A stretch of 64,000 nt of DNA, from NCBI GenBank assembly GCA_034421295.1, contig DAOUKM010000008.1, positions 23,092 through 87,091 of the forward strand, in the 5' to 3' direction. The notes under the pieces are model-generated. The model ran no database searches and was not told the origin of the DNA. It saw nothing but the letters and a program-made list of their open reading frames with translations. This DNA comes from Dehalococcoidia bacterium. GTDB lineage: Bacteria; Chloroflexota; Dehalococcoidia; Lucifugimonadales; UBA2962. Both the position numbers and the translations under genes were made by a program. Below, piece after piece: positions 27,225 through 36,672 of the stretch; position 1 is the stretch's first letter, and the number at the start of each line of letters is the position of its first letter.

Positions 27225-28334
27225 TTGCCCGAGCGCGGAAGAGCGGCAGTACTCGTCGACGACTACACATTCGAGATCCGGGAGCTACCCACACCGGAGG
27301 TGGAGCCGGAGGGCATCCTCGTGAGGGTGACCGGCTGCGGGGTCTGCGGCTCCGACCTTCACATCTGGCGCGGGGACATCAAGCTGCACGGCTTCATCAA
27401 CGGCCACGAGCTGGTGGGCCGGGTCCACTCGATGGGATCGAACGTGTCAACCGACTACCTGCAGCAGCCGCTGAAGGAGGGAGATCGGGTGATCTTCACG
27501 TACTTCACACCGTGCCACCGCTGCTACATCTGCATAAGGGGCGAATACACCGATTGCGCCTTCAACTTTCAGATGTTCAAGTCAGTCGAGGAATACCCCT
27601 TCTGCCACGGCGGCTTCGCCGACTACTACTACCTGAGGCCCGGGACCTTCGTATTCAGGGTCGACTCCGATCTTTCCGACGAGGCGCTGACCTCCGTTAA
27701 CTGCGCGGCGGGCACGGTCATGGAGGGCATCGAGCGCTCGAACCTGCAGGCGGGCCACGCGATCGTGTTCCAGGGAGCGGGCGGCCTGGGCCTCTACGGG
27801 ATTGCGTACGCCCGCGAGCGGGGCGCCGGACCGATCATAGCGATAGACGGCCAGGAGCCGCGCCTTGAGCTAGCCAGGCAGTGCGGGGCCGACTACACCA
27901 TAGACATCAACGAGATCACCGACCCGCAGGACCGGATAGAACGCGTCAAGGAGCTGGTCGGCGGAGGCCGGTTAGGCGCCGACACCGTGGTCGAGGTTGT
28001 GGGCTTTCCCGGCGTCGTGCCCGAGGGCCTGGAGATGCTGAGGCCGGGAGGTCGCTACATAGAGATCGGGAACATATCGGCAAAGTCCATGGTCGAGGTA
28101 GACATAAACAGGGTGCTGCACGGCATAAAGTACATAGTCCCGGTCTCCTTCTACAGCCCCCGGCTGCTCCCGGCCGCCCTGGAGATGCTGGAGCGGACCA
28201 AGGATCGATACCCGCTCGTCAACCTGATGTCCCATTCGTTTGGACTGGAGGATATCAACGAGGCCTTTGAGACCGCCGAGTGGTTCGGCAAGGACCGAAA
28301 GACCCCGGTGACCAGGGCGGTGGTAAAGCCATAG
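27225..28334 (+). CDS. zinc-binding medium-chain alcohol dehydrogenase family protein
   Basis: GCGVCGSDLHIW zinc signature and FQGAGGLGLYG NAD fold. TTG at 27225 has GGAGGA (27215-27220) upstream. GTG at 27186 would add an Arg-rich leader. Confidence 0.88.
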   Translation: MPERGRAAVLVDDYTFEIRELPTPEVEPEGILVRVTGCGVCGSDLHIWRGDIKLHGFINGHELVGRVHSMGSNVSTDYLQQPLKEGDRVIFTYFTPCHRCYICIRGEYTDCAFNFQMFKSVEEYPFCHGGFADYYYLRPGTFVFRVDSDLSDEALTSVNCAAGTVMEGIERSNLQAGHAIVFQGAGGLGLYGIAYARERGAGPIIAIDGQEPRLELARQCGADYTIDINEITDPQDRIERVKELVGGGRLGADTVVEVVGFPGVVPEGLEMLRPGGRYIEIGNISAKSMVEVDINRVLHGIKYIVPVSFYSPRLLPAALEMLERTKDRYPLVNLMSHSFGLEDINEAFETAEWFGKDRKTPVTRAVVKP

Positions 28335-28357
28335 AAGACGCAGAGCCAAAACGGAAT

Positions 28358-28392
28358 GGGCCTGTGTCGACCCGGCACAGGCCCTTTTTCTT
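28358..28392 (+). terminator. intrinsic terminator after the ADH gene
   Basis: GGGCCUGUG (28358-28366), a 9-nt loop, CACAGGCCC (28376-28384), then UUUUUCUU. Confidence 0.8.
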
Positions 28393-28398
28393 ACACCG

Positions 28399-29331
28399 GT
28401 GAAAGTGCCCAGCGATTCACAGCCAATAGTCAGGGGATCCGCACTCGTAAAGAACTACGGGGATCTCGTGGCGGTAGACGGCATCGACTTCAGGGTGGAG
28501 AAGGGGGAGTGCTTTGGCTTCCTCGGCCCCAACGGTGCCGGCAAGACCACGACCCTGAGGATGGTGACGTGCGTGTCGCCGGTAACCTCCGGGGCACTGA
28601 CCGTCGCCGGCCTAGACGTGCGCACCTCTTCCCGCGCCATAAAGGCGAGGCTCGGCGTCGTCTCGCAGGCCGACAGCCTCGATCCGGACCTGAGCGTGAT
28701 CCAGAACCTGATCGCCTTCTCGCGCTACTTTGACCTTCCCGGAGATGTCGCCCGCAGGCGTTCCCTAGAGGCACTGGACCTGTTCCAGCTGCGCGAGAAG
28801 GCCGACCGCAAGCCGGACGAACTTTCGGGCGGCATGAGACGGCGCCTGCTGATCGCCCGCGCACTCCTGCACGAGCCCGAGGTGCTGGTGCTCGACGAGC
28901 CAACCACCGGTCTGGATCCTCAAACGCGGCTGCTGGTGTGGGACAAGCTGACCAGCCTGAAGTCCGAGGGCATAACGATGCTGCTGACCACCCACTACAT
29001 GGAGGAGGCGGCATATCTGTGCGACCGGCTCGTAGTGATCGACCACGGCCGCATACTGGTCGAGGGGACCCCGGCTGACCTGATCAGGCAACAGGTGGGC
29101 GGCGAGGTCCTCGAGGTGCGCGTCAGCTTTGGCGATAAGCCGTCCATCCTCGAGCGGCTGAGCGGCTGCGGCGCCAGGGTCGAGGACCGCGGCGAGTCGC
29201 TGGTGGTATACGGCTCGGCCAACGGGGCGCTCGAGGCCGGGGCCCTCGACGGCCTCGAGGTCACCTCCCGGCCCGCCAACCTGGAGGACGTGTTCCTTCG
29301 ACTCACCGGCAGGGGGCTGAGGGACGAATGA
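28399..29331 (+). CDS. ABC transporter ATP-binding protein (DrrA/NodI-like, ABC-2 subfamily)
   Basis: Walker A GPNGAGKTT, signature LSGGMRRRL, Walker B LVLDEPTTGLD. GTG start. Confidence 0.92.
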   Translation: MKVPSDSQPIVRGSALVKNYGDLVAVDGIDFRVEKGECFGFLGPNGAGKTTTLRMVTCVSPVTSGALTVAGLDVRTSSRAIKARLGVVSQADSLDPDLSVIQNLIAFSRYFDLPGDVARRRSLEALDLFQLREKADRKPDELSGGMRRRLLIARALLHEPEVLVLDEPTTGLDPQTRLLVWDKLTSLKSEGITMLLTTHYMEEAAYLCDRLVVIDHGRILVEGTPADLIRQQVGGEVLEVRVSFGDKPSILERLSGCGARVEDRGESLVVYGSANGALEAGALDGLEVTSRPANLEDVFLRLTGRGLRDE

Positions 29332-30116
29332 CAACCGCCGCCCTCGCCCTGAGGCGGACCGTGATGTGGGGCGGGTTTCGGGTCTGGCAGCGCAACCGCG
29401 ACGTATTCCTCCGCGCGTGGATGCTCGACACCGGCGGCCTGGTCGTAGAGCCTTTCTTCATAGTCCTGGCCATGGGTTTCGGCCTTGGACTCTATATCGA
29501 CAACATACACGGCCTCCCGTACGGAGACTTCGTCGCACCGGGCATCCTCGCGGGCTATGCGATGTACCACGCCTCCTTCGACCAGACCTTCGGCGCCTAC
29601 CTGCGGCTGGAAACGCACCACATCTATGACGCCATCCTGTACACGCCGCTCGGGCCGTCCGACATCGTCCTCGGTGAGGTGATGTGGGGTAGCACACGGT
29701 CCTTGATGACCGGGACCGCCGTGCTCTGTGTGGCCGCAATCTTCGGTCTGGTGAACTCGCCGTTCGCCGTCCTCGCCCTGCCGGCGGCCTGGCTGGTCGG
29801 GGTCGCGTTCGCATGCATAGGCATGACCATCACCGCATCGGTGAGGTCGCTTGGCGCGATCGAGAACTATTTCACCGTCATCCTCACCCCGATGTTCATG
29901 TTCAGCGGCATATTCTTTCCGCTCGACGACCTGCCGGCAGGTGTGCAGGTGTTCTCCTGGCTGATGCCCCTGACGCCGGGCGTAGAGCTGATCCGGGGCC
30001 TGTTCACGGGCGAACTGTCCGGATGGATGGCGCTGTGGACCCTGGAGCTGGTGGGATTCTCGGCCGTGTTCTACCTGCTGGCGACCCGGCTGATGACCAG
30101 GCGCCTCATAAAATAG
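29328..30116 (+). CDS. ABC-2 type transporter permease
   Basis: ATGA overlap with the ATPase gene. The 262-aa protein is hydrophobic and multi-span, as in the DrrB/NodJ class. Confidence 0.88.
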   Translation: MTTAALALRRTVMWGGFRVWQRNRDVFLRAWMLDTGGLVVEPFFIVLAMGFGLGLYIDNIHGLPYGDFVAPGILAGYAMYHASFDQTFGAYLRLETHHIYDAILYTPLGPSDIVLGEVMWGSTRSLMTGTAVLCVAAIFGLVNSPFAVLALPAAWLVGVAFACIGMTITASVRSLGAIENYFTVILTPMFMFSGIFFPLDDLPAGVQVFSWLMPLTPGVELIRGLFTGELSGWMALWTLELVGFSAVFYLLATRLMTRRLIK

Positions 30117-30118
30117 GT

Positions 30119-31168
30119 CTATTCAAAGCTGAGCGCCCGGGCCGGATTGTCCACGAAGATGCGGCGCAGATCCTCATCGCCGAAGCCGAGCCGCCTCATG
30201 CGGGGCACGATGCTCTCCAGGTGGTGCGCATACCCCTTGCCCCCCCTGCCCACGTACTGCCAGGGCTGGCAGACGTCCTGGGCGACCAGAACATGGTCGA
30301 TGAATCCCATGTCGGCTATGTTGGCGATGCTCCGGAGGCGCTCTGCGTCATTGGTGAACCGGAAGCCGGGCAGGATGCTCTCTACCGAGGTGTCCTCCCA
30401 GCCGAACACGTCGAGCTGTATATAGCATCCGGCTTCGGCAAGCGCCCGCAGGTCGTCGGGGTCAAGGTACCCGTCTGAGTGGCCGAAGATCACCTTGCGG
30501 GGGTTTGCGCCGCCTTCGAGCAGGGCGTCCAGGATCTCATCCTTGGCCTCCCTGGGTCCGCCGGTGTGAAGCGTAAGGGGCGCCCCGGTCTCTCTCTGCG
30601 CCATGCCGGAGGCGACCACGGACTTGCGCTCATCGGGATGCAGGGGAACCGAGCACCCTACCTCGCCGATTATGCCGCTCCTTATCCCCGTTTCGCCGAC
30701 GCCGACCGTCAGGTCGCGGACGATCTCCTCTGCGATCGAGTCCACGGTCCGCTCCCCCATATCAGGCGGATGGGAGACGGAGACGTAGTAGCCGGAGCCC
30801 ATGACAACGTTAAGGCCGGTGGCCCTAGATATGCGGGCGTAGGCCAGCGGGTCGCGCCCGATCGTTGCGCTGGTGGTCTCGACGACGGAGTCACCACCCG
30901 CGTGGCGAAAGCGAAGCACCTCCTGCGTGGCCGTCCGCTCGTCGAGCAGCCTCATGTTCTCGAGGCTGTGGAGAAAACGTGAGGGCAGGTCGCCGAGCAG
31001 GTCGATCGTGACCGGGGCATCGCGCAGGGCGCGCCCGGTCGCGTGCTCTGCCTCCACCGTGTAGCAGGTTATGTCAAGCAGCAGGTGCTCGTGGGCGACT
31101 GTGACGCCCAGCTCCGACGGCTCTATGGGCCCGAGCACGGTCTGCACCCTGCCGGATATCTCGGTCAT
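30119..31168 (-). CDS. phosphotriesterase-related protein (PTER/Php family), paralogue 2
   Basis: RVQTVLGPIEPSELGVTVAHEHLLLDI, GIRSGIIGEVGC, VAQDVC. It is colinear with the 20889..21938 product but on the opposite strand. Confidence 0.88.
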   Translation of the reverse strand: MTEISGRVQTVLGPIEPSELGVTVAHEHLLLDITCYTVEAEHATGRALRDAPVTIDLLGDLPSRFLHSLENMRLLDERTATQEVLRFRHAGGDSVVETTSATIGRDPLAYARISRATGLNVVMGSGYYVSVSHPPDMGERTVDSIAEEIVRDLTVGVGETGIRSGIIGEVGCSVPLHPDERKSVVASGMAQRETGAPLTLHTGGPREAKDEILDALLEGGANPRKVIFGHSDGYLDPDDLRALAEAGCYIQLDVFGWEDTSVESILPGFRFTNDAERLRSIANIADMGFIDHVLVAQDVCQPWQYVGRGGKGYAHHLESIVPRMRRLGFGDEDLRRIFVDNPARALSFE

Positions 31169-31229
31169 GCGGCTGTGTGGTCAGGTGTCAGAGCTGGCCG
31201 ACTCTTTCGCTCCCGGGCGGCGGGGGCGG

Positions 31230-32066
31230 CTACCGTAGTGCCAGATCGCCGCCCGTGGTGACCTTCGTTCGGCTGTCGAGGAGTATGCTTCCGTCCTCGT
31301 CCAGGTCGAGGTTGCCCTTAGTGTCCTCGTACTGGTCCTCGCCCCGGTACGGGGTGCCGCGTATCTCCCTGGTCACCGCCTGGGTGACCTTGCGGATCTG
31401 GTCGAACGGCTCGAACTCGCCTCCGAGCCAGGCCTTCCAGCTACCCTCGGTCAGGTCGAACTCCCAGTAGAAGTAGACCGCGGCCTTCCAGGGCTGTGCC
31501 GGCGCGTAGCGCTCGTCCACGCCTTCCGTGAACCTCACCCATGGCCGCTCGTCGGAGTCATACCACTCCGTGGTCTCCACTATTCGCCTGAAGGGGATCT
31601 CCATCTCGGTGAACGCCGCTGAGAACTCAGGCGCCAGCTCACCCAGCTGGGCCACCGCGTACTTGTTGATCGTTCCGGAGTCGCCTTCATACAGGGTGCC
31701 GTAGTCCTTCGCACCTGAGGCCGACCAGCCCGCAGGAGCCGCGACAAGGTGGACGGAGCAGTCGGCAATGCCCGAGGCGGCGTCGGCGAGAGACATGGAC
31801 CTGACCCGCGTCGGATAGCTGAAGCCGAACTCGGCCAGGTACTCGATCACGTGAGCGGTCGTCGACCCGTGCTCGGCCTCCTCCGTTATCTGGGCAACCA
31901 CCACGGTACCGCCGCCCTGGTTGGCGCAGGCACCGGTTTCCAGCGCGGCCAGCCCATCCCTGGCTCCACCGCCGTCACCACCACCCCCGCACGCAACCGC
32001 GGCCAGTCCGATGAGTAGTAGAAAGGTCAGTGCCACCCATCGCAGGCGCGCGCTAAGCCTCGTCAT
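31230..32066 (-). CDS. secreted lipoprotein, possibly substrate-binding (function uncertain)
   Basis: Signal peptide with lipobox LAAVACGGG. The mature part is Trp/Tyr- and acid-rich. A resemblance to OpuAC/ProX-type binding proteins is only an impression. Confidence 0.6.
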   Translation of the reverse strand: MTRLSARLRWVALTFLLLIGLAAVACGGGGDGGGARDGLAALETGACANQGGGTVVVAQITEEAEHGSTTAHVIEYLAEFGFSYPTRVRSMSLADAASGIADCSVHLVAAPAGWSASGAKDYGTLYEGDSGTINKYAVAQLGELAPEFSAAFTEMEIPFRRIVETTEWYDSDERPWVRFTEGVDERYAPAQPWKAAVYFYWEFDLTEGSWKAWLGGEFEPFDQIRKVTQAVTREIRGTPYRGEDQYEDTKGNLDLDEDGSILLDSRTKVTTGGDLALR

Positions 32067-32151
32067 TGTGCCAAGGTCCCCCGTCCGAAGATGGCGCTAA
32101 TGATAACACCACGCCGCCGCATATCGGCGGCTCTACCCGGCCGGACCGCGC

Positions 32152-33504
32152 CTATGGAATGGGAACCCTGGCGGCCGGACTCAGGGCGGTCCGGCCGCGG
32201 TCTGCCGAATACGATTCCAGGAGCGTTTCTGCCGTCCGGACAGCGGTCGACAGGTTGGTCGCCATGTAATCGCCAAGCATGATTTCCGCCTCCCGGCCGC
32301 GCTGACTGGAGAGCAGGCGGGCCGCCTCGGCGGCGAGCGGGTAAGCCGTCTCAAGGAGCTGCGACTGGAGCCCCGCCCAGCGCGCCCTGACCTCGGCCGC
32401 GCGGCGCCCGGGATCCTCGGACACCGCGCCGGCCAGGCGCCGAAAGGTCCACCAGACGCTGTCCGAGGTGGGCTCTGCGCCCCCCAGAGACAGGGAGGCG
32501 GGTAGCTCGCCCTGCAGGAAGACCGGGAGGAAGACGCCCAGACAGGGCGAGTACATGCTGGTCCAGAATATCGGGAGACGGCTGCCGTCGTCGCACAGGT
32601 CGGCCACCAAGCTGGCGGCAGTGTTGCCACCGGCTCCATCGCCCCCGACCGAGTGCATGCAGATGCCGCGCCCCGGGTCGATGTCGGTGACGAAGCCTCC
32701 CGGTTCGGAGTCTCCGTCCGCATGATCCGAGAGCAGGGCCATCATCACCCCGACGTCGATGCGTCCCTCATGCCGGGCGAGCACCCCGCACGACCGCGTG
32801 CGCCTGAGGAATCCGCTGCCGGAAAGGTGATCGCCCTCCGCGAAGGCCTGCGCGAAAGACAGCCGCCCGCCGCTCCGCCCGGTCTCGGCGGCGGTCTCTT
32901 CGGCGCCCGGTGAGATCCGGTCCCAGTCACCGGTGATCGAGTAAACGTTGCTGATCGCCGCGTGCGTCGCGACGCTGCGCACCGCCCACTCGTGTCCCGC
33001 CGTCTCGATCACATAGGCCTCGCCGGGGTCGGCGACGATAAAGCCGTTGTCGTAGGTGCGGTGACCACCCGGATGCTCGAATTCCCCCTGCCCGTGCTCG
33101 GCGACCGCAGCGGTGATGACCTCCACCGCCTCTGCGGCCGTGGCTCCACGCTCAAGTCCCAGACGCACCAGGTCCATCCCCACCAGGGTCGGTCCCGACG
33201 GCCGCAGCCTGGACCGGAGGGCCTCGTTGCCGACCACGACCTGGTGCTCGTTAAAACCGTGCTCATAGCCCCAGCACCAGTACGGGCGTGACCCGACGTG
33301 CCGATGGGTCACCTCAGCCTGCGGCATGTCGACGAAGGGGGTTCTAAGCCTCGCCCCCGCAGGATGCTCCGCGCGTCCGTGCGGCTCAAGCGGCTGGCAC
33401 TCATCGGCCGGCCGGTCGGAGTTCTTGGCGAAGATGGCGTGTCCGTCCCGCGTCGCCGGGCCGAGCGCCACGAAGGTGTCGCAGCCGGTCGGCGCTCTAG
33501 TCAC
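32152..33504 (-). CDS. peptidase C69/secernin-like Ntn hydrolase
   Basis: N-terminal nucleophile context CDTFVALGPATRDGHAIFAKNSDRPADECQ resembles secernin/C69 dipeptidases. 450 aa. Confidence 0.7.
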   Translation of the reverse strand: MTRAPTGCDTFVALGPATRDGHAIFAKNSDRPADECQPLEPHGRAEHPAGARLRTPFVDMPQAEVTHRHVGSRPYWCWGYEHGFNEHQVVVGNEALRSRLRPSGPTLVGMDLVRLGLERGATAAEAVEVITAAVAEHGQGEFEHPGGHRTYDNGFIVADPGEAYVIETAGHEWAVRSVATHAAISNVYSITGDWDRISPGAEETAAETGRSGGRLSFAQAFAEGDHLSGSGFLRRTRSCGVLARHEGRIDVGVMMALLSDHADGDSEPGGFVTDIDPGRGICMHSVGGDGAGGNTAASLVADLCDDGSRLPIFWTSMYSPCLGVFLPVFLQGELPASLSLGGAEPTSDSVWWTFRRLAGAVSEDPGRRAAEVRARWAGLQSQLLETAYPLAAEAARLLSSQRGREAEIMLGDYMATNLSTAVRTAETLLESYSADRGRTALSPAARVPIP

Positions 33505-34519
33505 CGTTCACCTCTCCACGCACGATCCTAGCGCCGGCCGCCAGTGCACGGAGCTTGCCGACGGCCATGTACCGGGGCGACCAGCCGAACCCGCAGTCGG
33601 GGTTTACGTAGAGTCGTTCCGCCGGAACGTGCTCGAGTACGGTGCGGATCCGATCCGCCACGTCCCCCGGGCTCTCGGGGTGGAAGGACTTTACATCAAC
33701 CACGCCGGCGCCCAGCTCACGCCCGTCGGTCCAATCGCCGAATTTCTCCACCTCATACATGCCACGGGCCGCGAATTCGACCACGAACTGGTCCGCCCTG
33801 GCATCCAGGACGCCGGGGAAGTAATCGGAGTAGTGAGGCTTGAATCGCCCCCGTCCGAAACGGTTGCCAAAGCAGATGTGGTAGGCGACCTTGGCGTCTA
33901 CTCCGTCGGTCGCCATGTTGAACAATCGGGCCATCTCCTGACCGGTAACGTTTCCACGGGCCGGCTCGTCGATCTGCAGAAACGTTGCGCCAGCGCTGAC
34001 CAGCGCCTTGAGCTCGGCGTTGATCACGTGGGCAAAGCGCTCGGCCACCGCGACGGGGCTCTCATACACTGTTCCCGGGCGAATGCGGGAACCGAAGGTG
34101 AGCGGCCCGGCGCAGGTCACCTTGGTCGGCAGCGCCGTGTGGTCGCGAAGGTACTCGAATTCCGAGACGATGCCGAGACCCTCCGGCGCGACGATACTCG
34201 AGACCGCCTCATATCGAGTCTGCTGATCGTAGCCCCACGGCCCTCCCCTGCGTCCTGCGGGCAGTGCGCGAATGCCGTCGATGATCGCGTAGTACCCGTC
34301 GACATAGCCGTCGAGACGTCGCGACTCTCCGTCGGTGATTATGTCAAGGCCGGCCCGCTCCTGATCCAGGATGGCTACGTCCACCGCGTCGGTCAACATC
34401 TCTTCCAGGTCCGACGGGCCCCACCGTCCCGACTCGGTGAGCTCCTTGCATTCGTGCCACCAGGCCGGCTTTGCGTGAGAGCCTACAACGGTGGTCGGTA
34501 TGATCGGCAGGTCGGTCAT
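33497..34519 (-). CDS. cobalamin-independent methionine synthase (MetE C-terminal domain-like) family methyltransferase
   Basis: PTTVVGSHAKPAWW start, a 340-aa single UROD/MetE-like barrel. The 8-nt overlap with the downstream C69 gene suggests an operon. Confidence 0.75.
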   Translation of the reverse strand: MTDLPIIPTTVVGSHAKPAWWHECKELTESGRWGPSDLEEMLTDAVDVAILDQERAGLDIITDGESRRLDGYVDGYYAIIDGIRALPAGRRGGPWGYDQQTRYEAVSSIVAPEGLGIVSEFEYLRDHTALPTKVTCAGPLTFGSRIRPGTVYESPVAVAERFAHVINAELKALVSAGATFLQIDEPARGNVTGQEMARLFNMATDGVDAKVAYHICFGNRFGRGRFKPHYSDYFPGVLDARADQFVVEFAARGMYEVEKFGDWTDGRELGAGVVDVKSFHPESPGDVADRIRTVLEHVPAERLYVNPDCGFGWSPRYMAVGKLRALAAGARIVRGEVNGD

Positions 34520-34716
34520 ATGGCTGCCGAACCCATGGGTCGAGGATGGGCACCGGGGAGACGGGGCAAGTCAATCGCCAGTTTCAATGCTCTCGGCTCA
34601 AGGATCGTTGATGCTTCATTCGATTCTCCGCTACCGGACTGAATGTTAACCTGCGGACAGAGCCCCTGCCCGGTCGGCCTTCTTACCTCTGGATATGAGC
34701 CGTCCTGCGGGTCCAC

Positions 34717-36672
34717 TCAGTTGGTGCGCCCCCCGGCACTGTATCCTCCGACGTACCTGAGCAGGCCTCCGGCCAGCAAGATCTGGCGCTGCCGGTCGCT
34801 CAGCGTGACGGTCGCGCGTATGGTCAGGCCCATGGCTGCTTCCGCAATAGTGACCGAGGTCGCGCCCGTTTCCACCGCCGACCTTGCATCCTCCAGGACG
34901 AGCCTCTGGCCCTGCTCGAGCGATGCGAAGTCGGACTCGTCCGCAAAGGTCAGCGGCATTATCCCGTAGTTGACCAGATTGTCCCGGTGTATGCGGGCGA
35001 ACGACTTTGCGAGTATGAATCCCACGCCAAGGTATGCGGGCGAGAGCGCGGCGTGTTCCCTGGAGCTGCCCTGTCCGTAGTTCTCGCCGGCAACTATGAC
35101 CCCTCCTCCGGCGGACCTGGCCCTCTGTGCAAATCCCTTATCCAGGTAGGCGAACACGTGCTCCGAAATGGCAGGCACGTTCGAGCGCAGAGCAAGTGTC
35201 GTCGCTCCCGCGGGGAGGATGTGATCGGTGGAGATGTTGTCCCCGAGCTTGATCAGGACCTGCCCGCCGATCGACTCGGGCATGGGCCTGCCGGCCGGTA
35301 TGGGCTTTATGTTGGGGCCGCGCCGGATAGCGACCGATTCGGGATCATCGGCCGGTGGGATGATGCCGGAATCGTCCGTCGTGAACCGCTGCGGCATCTC
35401 CATGGACCCGGAGCCGCGGGCGTAGTCCCGCGGATCCGCTATGCAGCCCGCCACCGCGGTAGCGGCGCACACGGCGGGAGAGGCCAGGTACACGCTGTTC
35501 TCCAGGCCGCCGGAGCGACCCGGGAAATTGCGGTTGAAGGAACGTACCGAGACCGCCCCGTGGCGCGGCACCTGACCGATGCCCGCACACGGCCCGCAGG
35601 CGGACTCAAGGAGACGCACTCCCGCCTGGACGATATCGGCCAGCGCTCCGTCCTGTGCTATCAGCTGCAGGACCTGGCGCGACCCCGGGCTCATCACCAT
35701 GGTCACCCCGGGGTGGACGGTGCGCCCCCTGAGCATCGAGGCGACCTCCGAAAGATCGGCAAACGACGAGTTGGTGCAGCTTCCCACCGCAACCTGGTCT
35801 ACCGGCGTGCCCTTGAGCTCGGCCACGGGGACCACGGCGTCCGGGCTATCCGGGCAGGCTATGAGCGGCTCGAGGGCCGCAAGGTCTATGGACATCGACT
35901 CGTCGTAAGCGGCATTTTCGTCTGCTGAGAGCTCCCTGTAGGCTTCGCCCCTTCCCTGCCTGGTCAGGTAGTCAAGGGACATCGGGTCACTCGGAAAAAG
36001 GGAGGTCGTCGCCCCCAGCTCGGCCCCCATGTTGGCAATGGTCGCCCTCTGAGGGACGGTCAGGGTCGCCACGCCCGGCCCGTGGTACTCGAGGATGCGT
36101 CCGATTCCGCCCCTGACAGATAACCTTCGCAGGAGCTCAAGGATCACGTCCTTGGCCGACACCCCGGGTGCAAGGGCACCGGTCAGCTCGACCCCCACCA
36201 CGAGCGGCATGCTCATGTAGTAGGGGCCGCCTGCCATCGCCGTTGCAACATCCAGTCCGCCGCAGCCTATTGCCAGCGAGCCCATGCCTCCGCAGGTCGG
36301 CGTATGCGAGTCGGTTCCGATCAGGCTGGCTCCGGGGACCGCGAACCGCTCAAGGTGCACCTGGTGGCAGATGCCGTTGCCCGGCCTCGAGAAGTAGACC
36401 CCGTACCTGGCCGCCACGTCCTGCAGATAGGCATGGTCATCGGCGTTGCGATAGTCGGCCTGCAGCATGTTGTGATCGACATAGCTGACGGAAAGGTCCG
36501 TCTTTACGCGATCGACCCCGGTGGCCTCCAGCTGCAGGTAGGCCAGCGTGCCGGTGGCATCCTGCGAGAGCGTCTGGTCGACGCGGATCGCGATCTCCTC
36601 ACCCGGTGTCATGTGCCCGGATACCAGGTGGTCGCCCAGAAGCTTGTGCGTCAGGTTCCGCGGTTCAGACAT
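34717..36672 (-). CDS. aconitase-family hydratase (short ~650-aa type)
   Basis: IGTDSHTPTCGG, VGSCTNSSFADL, ACGPCAGIGQ cluster ligands, and a C-terminal swivel domain ENYGQGSSREHAALSP. Confidence 0.9.
   Translation of the reverse strand: MSEPRNLTHKLLGDHLVSGHMTPGEEIAIRVDQTLSQDATGTLAYLQLEATGVDRVKTDLSVSYVDHNMLQADYRNADDHAYLQDVAARYGVYFSRPGNGICHQVHLERFAVPGASLIGTDSHTPTCGGMGSLAIGCGGLDVATAMAGGPYYMSMPLVVGVELTGALAPGVSAKDVILELLRRLSVRGGIGRILEYHGPGVATLTVPQRATIANMGAELGATTSLFPSDPMSLDYLTRQGRGEAYRELSADENAAYDESMSIDLAALEPLIACPDSPDAVVPVAELKGTPVDQVAVGSCTNSSFADLSEVASMLRGRTVHPGVTMVMSPGSRQVLQLIAQDGALADIVQAGVRLLESACGPCAGIGQVPRHGAVSVRSFNRNFPGRSGGLENSVYLASPAVCAATAVAGCIADPRDYARGSGSMEMPQRFTTDDSGIIPPADDPESVAIRRGPNIKPIPAGRPMPESIGGQVLIKLGDNISTDHILPAGATTLALRSNVPAISEHVFAYLDKGFAQRARSAGGGVIVAGENYGQGSSREHAALSPAYLGVGFILAKSFARIHRDNLVNYGIMPLTFADESDFASLEQGQRLVLEDARSAVETGATSVTIAEAAMGLTIRATVTLSDRQRQILLAGGLLRYVGGYSAGGRTN

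Noticed and set aside
33326-34642. 438-aa plus-strand ORF
   Set aside because: It is antisense to the MetE-like gene. The same reasoning removes these long ORFs, each opposite a gene with clear homology: 2304..3767, 7624..9030, 10590..11723, 11887..12933, 21958..23301, 25671..26786, 37065..38063, 38860..39957 and 40186..41472.
34520-34716. Cobalamin or SAM riboswitch upstream of the MetE-like gene
   Set aside because: I could not find a B12-box-like element or the SAM-I core on the minus strand. This was a by-eye check only, so a covariance-model scan would still be worthwhile.
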